This document shows, piece by piece, positions 46,956 through 56,000 of a stretch of DNA of 64,000 nucleotides (positions are counted from its first letter, which is position 1; each line of letters starts with the position of its first letter). Location of the stretch: positions 34,089-98,088 of the forward strand of contig DANJ01000014.1 in assembly GCA_002497285.1 (NCBI GenBank), written 5' to 3'. The position numbers and the translations under genes were made by a program. The notes beneath the pieces were generated by a model. The model had not been told where the DNA came from. It worked only from the letters and a program-made list of their open reading frames with translations, and did not search any database. Source of the DNA: Candidatus Pacearchaeota archaeon UBA92 (GTDB lineage Archaea > Nanobdellota > Nanobdellia > Pacearchaeales > GW2011-AR1).

Positions 46956-47143
46956 TTTCCATCTCCTTCTATAATCAAAGCAACATTTCCGCCGGAACTA
47001 ACCGCGCCCCCATTATCTGCAGGAGCAGAATTTTGTCCGACTGGTTTTAAACTAATTAAAGAAAAATTAAGAGCTAAAGAAACGACTGAAAAAACAATCG
47101 CCACAATTAAAAGTGTTACAATAATTTTCTGTGTCTTATTCAT
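46952..47143 (-). CDS. small membrane protein (about 63 aa from MNKTQK), first gene of the minus-strand surface operon
   Basis: MNKTQKIIVTLLIVAIVFSVVSLALNF single TM. The track ORF extends to 47194, but the internal Met at 47143 fits promoter spacing. Confidence 0.35.
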   Translation of the reverse strand: MNKTQKIIVTLLIVAIVFSVVSLALNFSLISLKPVGQNSAPADNGGAVSSGGNVALIIEGDGK

Positions 47144-47169
47144 CTCTTCTTCTCTCCACAAATAAATAA

Positions 47170-47290
47170 ACAAGATATATAAATCTTTCTCCAATTCAGC
47201 ATATACCTAAACACTATTGTCAATGCAGAAACAAAAGTGATTTTCTATAATTGTTTATTACGCCCAAATAGCAAAATTTATATATCCCAA
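47170..47290. promoter_or_regulatory. divergent intergenic region with two TATA-like boxes (ttatatatct for the minus operon, aatttatatatc for the plus gene)
   Basis: A/T-rich TATA-like octamers about 25-40 nt upstream of the respective ATGs (47143 minus, 47306 plus). Archaeal leaderless-type spacing. Confidence 0.2.
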
Positions 47291-47305
47291 ACACCTTATA
47301 AAAAC

Positions 47306-48346
47306 ATGAGTTTAACAGACAAATTAGGAAATAATGTAAAATCAGTAGCGTTAGCTGGAATTATAGGACTCTCTAGCTCTTCGGCTCTTGCAGATACGAT
47401 TTACATAGACACTAACTGGACATTTGATGAAATTAATAATCTCCTGGATGGAAACCCTGAAACCTTTGGAAAAGACGGGCAAACTGACCCAGTGAGAAAT
47501 GATGTAGTTGAATTTGCATTAGGAACATACCAAGTACCATTAATTCGAGATGCAAAATTCAAGTCAAATATAGATGGAATAACAATTATAGGACAAGGGC
47601 CAGGTTTAACAATCTTCAGAGGTAATAGCCCAGATGGTGGATTGATATGGGAAGTACAAGGTCAAGATGTCTCAATCGGATTATTCAGCATGGAGAACAG
47701 CAGAGGCGGATTAAAAGTAGACGGAGACAGAGCTTACAACAACGTTTACGTAGGATATATAGATTCAGAGGGATTGGATATACATTATATTTATGATCAG
47801 CAAAAGGCAAGCGGAAGAATAGACACGCCAAGTGTTTTCGTTGACCACTTAAATCTTATAGACGGAACTACTTCATTCCATTGGAATGACCGAGATCAAA
47901 TAGTTGATTACACAGATAAGTTTATGGAAGGGGATAATGTATCAATAGACGGAACAGGCAATGGAATAGACCCGCCAATGATTATAGAAGATGGACATGT
48001 AATTGAAACAAGGGGAACTGACTGGCGCAATTGTCTATTTCAAAATATGCAGTCAACATTTGTTCCTAGGGCATATGAAGGATTGCCTGGTAGATTAAGT
48101 GGGAATGCACCTTCGTTCTGCGGAGAAAGCAATATTAATCATGCAACTCTTTATGAATTAGGCATAGGCGTTGGAAACTGGGAAGAAAATAATCCAAACA
48201 AATTTCTTGATAACGAAGGAAGACCAATCTGGGGCTCAATAGCAACAGGACCATGGTACAAAGACAGACAAAATAGATTCATTGGATATATCGGAGCAAA
48301 AGAGCCCGCATTCATTCCAAGAGTAAGTGCAGTAAGACCAAGATAA
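47306..48346 (+). CDS. secreted protein with Sec-type signal peptide (start taken at MSLTDK), function unknown; locally GC-richer gene
   Basis: VKSVALAGIIGLSSSSALA|DT signal. No TM after it. Composition noticeably less AT-rich than flanking genes. Confidence 0.45.
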   Translation: MSLTDKLGNNVKSVALAGIIGLSSSSALADTIYIDTNWTFDEINNLLDGNPETFGKDGQTDPVRNDVVEFALGTYQVPLIRDAKFKSNIDGITIIGQGPGLTIFRGNSPDGGLIWEVQGQDVSIGLFSMENSRGGLKVDGDRAYNNVYVGYIDSEGLDIHYIYDQQKASGRIDTPSVFVDHLNLIDGTTSFHWNDRDQIVDYTDKFMEGDNVSIDGTGNGIDPPMIIEDGHVIETRGTDWRNCLFQNMQSTFVPRAYEGLPGRLSGNAPSFCGESNINHATLYELGIGVGNWEENNPNKFLDNEGRPIWGSIATGPWYKDRQNRFIGYIGAKEPAFIPRVSAVRPR

Positions 48347-48392
48347 ATAAGCTCATCTAATTTCTATTTTAAGGTTATATTTTAAAAGACTT

Positions 48393-49595
48393 TTATTTAC
48401 TTCTTCCCTTCAATTTCTTTCTCAAGAAGATAAACCACAAGGCATTGACAATTATCAGCAAGACAATTCCAACGGCCAAAACAACAACTATCGGATTGCT
48501 GAAAAGACTTGAGCTACTTCCTTCTGAAATTACATAACCAATTCCAATAACATTTATTCTATTATTTGAAACATCAAGCTGTAACTCTCTCTGATCCGAC
48601 TTTGAACCATATCTTAAGAACAATGTCGCATCATAAACTCCTGCCTTAACTCCCTCACTATCCCAAAATGCAACCATCACCGACTTGCTCAATGCTGAAA
48701 TATCGTAAGTAGGAGACTTGAAGTCTGCCATGACTTCTCCTTTATTGTTATAAATCTGCATCTCGGCATAAGTTCCTGAAAGTTCTCTATTCCATTTATT
48801 CTCAACTAAAATCTCAAACTTTGCAATACCTCCTAATGAGAAATCATTTACAACTATACTGCTAACATCAAGAACTTGTTGTCCTAAATCAAACTCTCTC
48901 TCTAGTTTCAAAGTTTGTTCATCATAAACTAACGTTGCAACAGCCCTATATGGTCCAGGAGGAACGTCTCCTTTCCAAACAACTGCAACCTCTTTTCTCT
49001 CCCCACTTTTAATTTCAATCTGATTTGTAGTTACACTATCAATTTTCTCATTCAAAGAACTATAAATATCAATGTCTGCTCTAACTCTTACAAGATCTAA
49101 ATCTCCTCTGCTTGTAACTGGAATAACAAAGGTAACACTCCCATCAGCATCTGGACCAAGAACATCAAGGCTTGCCTCAGCATACTTTCCAGGATAGAGA
49201 ACGAATACATGAACTTGTGTAGCTACTGCAACGGCTGCGCCAATAAAAGCCCCTCCCGTTCCTGATTTCTTAGGAAGTTGAACAACAACAATTTCTCCTT
49301 TATGCAATCCTGGAGAAAGAGAATTAGGAATATCTATTTTATACTTCAATTTCTTCTCACTTTCTCCCGCAAGCATTTTAAATGAAACTTCAGAAACCGA
49401 AATACTTTCATTCAAGTCTCCTTGTATAAGAACTGCAAAGTCAGAGTCCTGTGCATCTGTATTAATGACAATGAATTCTATTTCTCTTGATGTTCCAGGA
49501 TTATAATCTACATCAGTCTTTCCAGGAGTTATTCCTATAGCAAAAACATTTGTTGCAAGTAAAATAAACAACAATATTAAACTAATTTTCTTCAT
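48393..49595 (-). CDS. type I membrane surface protein (start at MKKISLILLFILLATNVFA; C-terminal TM anchor)
   Basis: Signal peptide at the internal Met (49595). C-terminal VVLAVGIVLLIIVNALWFIFLRKKLKGRSK. Same architecture as the 42705-46270 proteins. Confidence 0.55.
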   Translation of the reverse strand: MKKISLILLFILLATNVFAIGITPGKTDVDYNPGTSREIEFIVINTDAQDSDFAVLIQGDLNESISVSEVSFKMLAGESEKKLKYKIDIPNSLSPGLHKGEIVVVQLPKKSGTGGAFIGAAVAVATQVHVFVLYPGKYAEASLDVLGPDADGSVTFVIPVTSRGDLDLVRVRADIDIYSSLNEKIDSVTTNQIEIKSGERKEVAVVWKGDVPPGPYRAVATLVYDEQTLKLEREFDLGQQVLDVSSIVVNDFSLGGIAKFEILVENKWNRELSGTYAEMQIYNNKGEVMADFKSPTYDISALSKSVMVAFWDSEGVKAGVYDATLFLRYGSKSDQRELQLDVSNNRINVIGIGYVISEGSSSSLFSNPIVVVLAVGIVLLIIVNALWFIFLRKKLKGRSK

Positions 49596-50082
49596 TTTCT
49601 CCTCCAACAAATTTATTTCCAGAAACTTCTTTTCCCTCGTCAACTCGAAGAACAACACTTCCACTAAGCTCATCATTCTCATAAATATCCACATTGAGAA
49701 CATTATTACCAGCATTTACAACTTCATAACTATCCTCTCCTAATGACTTAACTTTTAAAGCAATCCCAGAAACAATGGTTAGTTTTCTCACCTCGCTTGA
49801 CAATGGTCCTTGAACCTTCCAGTAATAAACTCCCGACTTCAAATTTATCACTAAATTGTCCTCTGCAAAGATTTCCTGAGGTGAAGTGAAAGAAGGATTA
49901 TCATCTAAAAGTATCAAATTAGCATTATTAAATTCAAATAGTACGGAAGAATTAGTTGTTTCATATCCATTAACAGGTGAAATAACAAGCGGCGTCACAT
50001 AACCAACTACAAAAAATAAACTGATTAAAGTTCCAACTATTATAACAAAATCAATCGCCAAAATATGTCTATTCGTTATCAT
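49582..50082 (-). CDS. small N-terminally anchored surface protein (166 aa)
   Basis: TM ILAIDFVIIVGTLISLFFVVGYV. Stop overlaps the downstream start by 14 nt. Start abuts the giant gene's stop. Confidence 0.45.
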   Translation of the reverse strand: MITNRHILAIDFVIIVGTLISLFFVVGYVTPLVISPVNGYETTNSSVLFEFNNANLILLDDNPSFTSPQEIFAEDNLVINLKSGVYYWKVQGPLSSEVRKLTIVSGIALKVKSLGEDSYEVVNAGNNVLNVDIYENDELSGSVVLRVDEGKEVSGNKFVGGENEEN

Positions 50083-53000
50083 TTATTCTCCCAAGCTTGC
50101 AGTAAAGGTAATAGTTGAATTCCTAGCTCCTGCAAATTCCTCCGTAGGTACAGTAACATTGATATCAATTTCAGCCGTATCTGTAGCATTTGTATAATTT
50201 AGCTCCACTATAGCCAACACAGAAGAACCTGTGTCCGGAATTTGAGTATAGATAAATTTAGATAACAACCAGTTAAAAGAACTATTTTCAAGAGTGTTGT
50301 TGTCTGCTTTAAAAGTATAATAATTGCTTGGATTCGCCTGTGTAATCCAAAGACCAGTTGCACCTAAAGTAATGTTCACAAAAGAATTTCCATCATTCTG
50401 TAAAAGGAAAGGTCTCGGAGAATTATCAGAAGTATCATTGAATCCAAACTGTGCTATGGATCCAAAATCAACGGTTGAATTTAGAAGGCTTATCTGAATA
50501 AGTGCTGAAACATTTAAGGCAAAAGATTCAGTCCATGCAGAGAATTCTTCAGCATCATAAACCCTTATGCTCCAGTTATACCTATAAGAATTATCATACA
50601 AATAAACCAAATCCCCTCCGCCTATTGGTTCACTTCCTAAATCATAGCTGTTAGTATCAATAGTTTCTACATACCTTGTATCATCTCCTCTGTTTGTGCA
50701 TCCTCCTCCGGAAGTGTGAAAACAGGTGATGTTAAGGTCATAATAAAGCACGTCAGAATCATCATCACTGCTTGCACCCCATGCGAAAACAGGAGTCCTG
50801 TCTGTGGTCGACGCCCCATTAGCCGGCGTTGAAAGCGCAGGCACTATTGGAGGCGTGTTCAATATTTTAATTGTCTGCGTGGAATTAGCCCAGTTACTCT
50901 GTGAAATCTGATTATCGAACAATCTCAATGAACATGTCCAATTCTGTCCCTTTGTTGTGTTACCAGAATATAAAATTGCATCAAAGGCACTTCCATTTGC
51001 ATAGCTGTTATTAAATTCTGCAGTCAAATGTATCTTGCTTTCATTATACCATAGAACTGTAACATTCATAGCTTCATTGTCCTGGTCATATATTGTATCT
51101 ATACAATGTAGGTTCTGAGCTGTCTTGTTAGTTCCAAGAGTTGAATTTATTTCAGGAGTTGGAGTGTCTGGAGCTAAATTTCCTTGGGCAGAATTCACAT
51201 CAAAATCTCTAATCTGACTTTCGTTATTATTACCGCCATTATCGGTGGCATTCAATCTCCAATTATACTTGCCAACCCCAAGCGTGTATGTGTCAGCTAT
51301 TTCACTTGCAGTCAGAGTCTTATTCCAAATTGCAATTTCATCTATAGTTCCATTAAATCCTCCAGGAGCTCCAGAACCAACAGCAGTTTTAGTAGTAGAA
51401 CCAATTAGTAAGGGATTTGTATTACTAAATATTGAATACGTGCCTTCATTCGTACCAGCAACAGCTCCGTTAATATAAAATTTAATTGTCGTTGCATTGA
51501 CGGTAACTGCTACATGATTCCATTTATTTCTTGAAATAATATTTGAACTGGAATTGACAGGAGAGTCTGCTCCTGTATCAAACATCGTTCCATTTGATGT
51601 ATAATTAAACATGAACCAGAATCCATCATTTCCCCCTCCCGTCTCATCATCCTTAGAGACTATAAATCCATCATATCCATCTAAGTTAGGATATATCCAA
51701 ACCATAACAGTTAAATTTGAGACATTTAACAAAGCACCGCTTGGAGAAGACAAATAACTGGTATAACTAACTCCTGGAAGAATAATTCCTCCGCCAAGCT
51801 TGCCGCCGCTTTCATTAACTAATGCACCTCCAGAAAGATTACCGCTGCCTCCATGATCACTATAATCATAATACCTTGTATCATTCTCCCCATACTCGCT
51901 TCTATTATCCAAATGCAGTAGCAGAACACTAAATTCATCTGGAATAATAACTGGAGATGTCCAATTATAAATCACAAAAGAATTATTAGGGATAGTATTT
52001 TGATAGATAAGCCCGTGCTTGTAAAGATTTGCCTGTAAACTTGAATTTATTCCGAATATTCTTGTCTTCAAAACATCATTATAAGTATCATTTACAGTCG
52101 CATTTAAAATAATATTGAGAGAACCATAAGTAAATTGACTTGCATTATTAGGAGAATTTAATATAAAGTTTGGCGAGGGATTATTAAGGTTTGTAAATAC
52201 AATATTCAAATTTCTTGTAACATTGAGAGGTATTCCACTATCACTATATCCTATCTTGCTTGTATTCACACTATAATTGCTCTGAAGAATTACAACTCCT
52301 CCTGCTAAAGTTCCATTAACTATATATTCGGATATTCTATATCCCGCATCTCCAGTTGAATTTGTTAGTTCAGAGTCTGTAGCAGAACCGGTATTATTGA
52401 AAAAAGTCACGTTAACATTTGATACAAAATTACTCAATGTGTCATTAGTTTTAACATTCACAAACCACTGCTTATACAATCTTCCTCCAGGGTTGACGGT
52501 ATGGGTGCTGTAATTTGAGCTGACAAGATAAATACTCTGATTTCCGCTGATAACAATATTAGAAAGAAAGGACCCTGAAAGATTAGAATCAAGTATGCTA
52601 ACATTGTTACAGAATACACAGAAAATATTGTAATTTGACCTTCCTCCAGCCCCATCAGCCCCAAAAAATCGGGAGTTAGTAAGAATAATATTTTCTGATA
52701 AAATTTCTATATCTGCATCAAAAGCCTTGGAAACTGTATTATTATCAAAAACTAAACTAGATGTATTTATAGAAAGTCCTCTTCTCATATTAATTGCTTC
52801 TGTATTTCCAGTATAACTGACATAAGAATTCTTCAGGCTAAGATTAGAGCCCTGCCCAACTTGAAATAAAAATCTGAAATCATTATTTTTAGTTATGTTA
52901 GAATAATTAGCTGACAATGTTCCGCCATCAGAAACATAAAGATTGAACTCTCCGTCAAAATTCGAATTGCTCATTTCCAAAGTGCAGGATTCCAGAATTA

Positions 53001-56000
53001 ACTTTCCAATTGTTATGTTTATATTTGCATGACTAATATACCAGCATGGGTTCACAGAAGTACTAGAGTTAGTAAATACAGTATTATCATTAATCCTTGT
53101 ATAAATATCATACAGACTTTCAGTTGTGCTGACAACAATTGTATGAAAAACGCTGATTGGGAGATTCAATTCTTTATCCGTAGTCATATTAATACTTGCG
53201 CCAGTTGCAGGCTGATATCCAGCTTTAGAATAATTAACAGTATAGTTATTCCAAATAACCTTTCCAGCTCCTGTATCTGTATATTGAGTAAGATTATAGA
53301 ATACCGAACCTTGAGCATCTGTATTAATGGAAAATACCTTAGTTCCTGTCCTGTTTGTTGCAGTCATATTAACTCCTGAAATTACTGCTCCAGCACTTTT
53401 TACTGTCGCATTAAGTCTAAACTTTCTTTCTAAAACACTATTAGCTCCAACACTATATGAAGTAATGTCAGTAGAGTTGATAAGTGTAAAAGTATTATTT
53501 ATCTTTATATTGCTGAATGAAATCAAACTATCACTAATATTAATAGGGGTATTGAAGTTGGCTTCAGTAATACTTCCTTTAGAATCAACAAAGAAGTAAG
53601 GATCGCCAATAATACTAAAGTTATAATTATTTGCAATAACTACTGCATTCATAGATCCTACACTCAAATTAAGAGTTCCTGAAAGATACAATGAATATTG
53701 CCCCTCATAACTTGAATTAAAGAATACTGTACATCTTGAATCAACATCAAGTCTACCCGAATTAGTAATGTTCAAATTCGTATCAAGGGAAATACAACTA
53801 ACAAGAGTTGAATCTCCAACCTGGCACGTTGAAGTATAATTGGTTCCAAACCCAAGTTCCAGAGCTTTTGAAAGCAAATCATCACAAGTAAAGGTATTTG
53901 AAATTTTCAGATGTTCTGGTCTTGTAATAATTTTCCTTTGGTTAGTTTGATTCTTATTACCTGCCTTATCAACCACATAAGCAGTGAACGGATGAATTGT
54001 AGAATTAAGATTAGTAAAATTATTCTCATACCTATTGATTCCAGAGTCATACAAAGCAAGAATCTCGCTCTGATTTAATTCCCTAGAAAACATGAATACT
54101 TCATCCATCGTTCCGTTCATATAAAAAGTCTGAGTTCCAGATCTCCCAACATATAAATTATTTGTTGAATCTGATGTAACTGTATAAGTTCCATTTCCAT
54201 CAATTGTTCCATTCAGATACAAATAAGCATAACTTCCGTTATAAGTGACTGCAATATGATACCATCTTCCTGTACTAAGAGTTGTTGCTCCTGGTAATGA
54301 CTGCAAGCCCGGGTCAAAAAGAGTTAATTTATTACTTGCTACACGAAGAGAGACTCCATTACTTAAACTACCAGTTTTACCCATAAGTCCCTGATTGACT
54401 GTATCATTAAGATAAATCCAAGAAGCCCAAGTGAAAGGACCATTTAGAGTAAGACTATTAGCCTTTCCAAAATCAATATAATCTGTCGCGCCATCGAAAT
54501 AAAACCCATTCCCATAAAATCCAGCATCAACCTGAACAGCATCACCCTGTTTTGTACCATTATTGCCCCAAGAAGACAAGTCCACAACATCTCCAGAATC
54601 ATTAACATCATCCATCCTAGCCCACAAAACTAAACTCCTATTAAAATCAACAAATGAATAATGCCTATTCGCATCTGAAGTCGATAAGTTAACATATATT
54701 GCATTTCCCGTTATCGCAGTATCATTTGCAGGAGTTGGAGAGATAAAGCTCACTCCGGGTTTAGCGTCATCAAAACTGAAATTGACAAATTGGCTATAAT
54801 TTTTATTTCCTGTTGTATCATTAGCATAAACTCTGAAAATAAAACTTCCAGAGCCCAATGAAGAATTAGTTGCATTAAGTTCTACACCCAAAACTCCTCT
54901 GGAAAGATTAAGCATAGTTAAATTGTTAATTCCTTCATCAAGAGTATATTGGGCGCTTCCACTCTCACTCAAAGTTACATTAAATAACAGCGGTAAATCT
55001 GACAAGCCGTAATAAGCTCCTCCTTGAGGCTTACGAATAATCACTCCAGGAGCACTTGTATCTGACTCTGGCGGGGAAGTCAAGGGAAGCGTTATCACTT
55101 GCCAAGCAACATAAGCATCATTGTTTCCTGCTTCCCTGTGTAGGCTTAATGCTGTAGGACTGTCTAAAGCGTTTGTATAAAAAAGATTAGCAAAGATAAT
55201 TCCTGTTCCGGTGAGATTATTGGAAGCGAGCGAGAAGCTCCTGTTTTGAACGACAGAACTTATGGTTATAACATCATCCCCACTACTTAAATAATAAGAA
55301 GAACCATTCTGGACAACAGCTCCCGGGGTCGATATAACATAAGCCCCGATGTAAGCAGCACCTCCAGAACCTTCTCTAGCAACTCTAAGAGTTGTAGAAT
55401 TCCATATTTCTACAGTTGTACCTATCTCGGCCAGAACATTTGCCGTGGCTGTAAACGTCTGTGAATAATAGACCCATGAATTTGACGTGTTTATTACTGC
55501 TCCTATTGGCACAAAATCATTTGTTCCTAGGAGGTCTTCGACATGGTAGACTGTAGAGCCATCATTGAACTCAACAACAAAATAACTTATATTTCCTGCG
55601 CAAGCACCAGAATCAGCTCTTTGAAGGTTTAAGTTTGTGTTGCTAGTAAAATTAGCCGCCCAATATTGTTCGTTTTCATTGGCGGTATTAGTAGTTGTAC
55701 AGCTACCATAATTGACAAATGGAACTGTCTTAGTCAAATCAACAGAATCTAGAGTAATATCAAAATTAGTATCTGTTGTTATATATTCTACTGTTCCGTT
55801 TTGGACACTAATATTGTTTCCTTCTATAACATACCATGCAACTGTAGTGGTTGAAGAAGCGCCAACATTATTCAATGCAAATCTTGTAGTATTTACCCAC
55901 GTTGCATATATTCCAGTGTTATCAGGATCATCTCCTGAGGTTGTCGCTCTTCTTGAAAGAAGAATAAAAGATTTATTCAACTGTACTGCTTGGGAAATAT

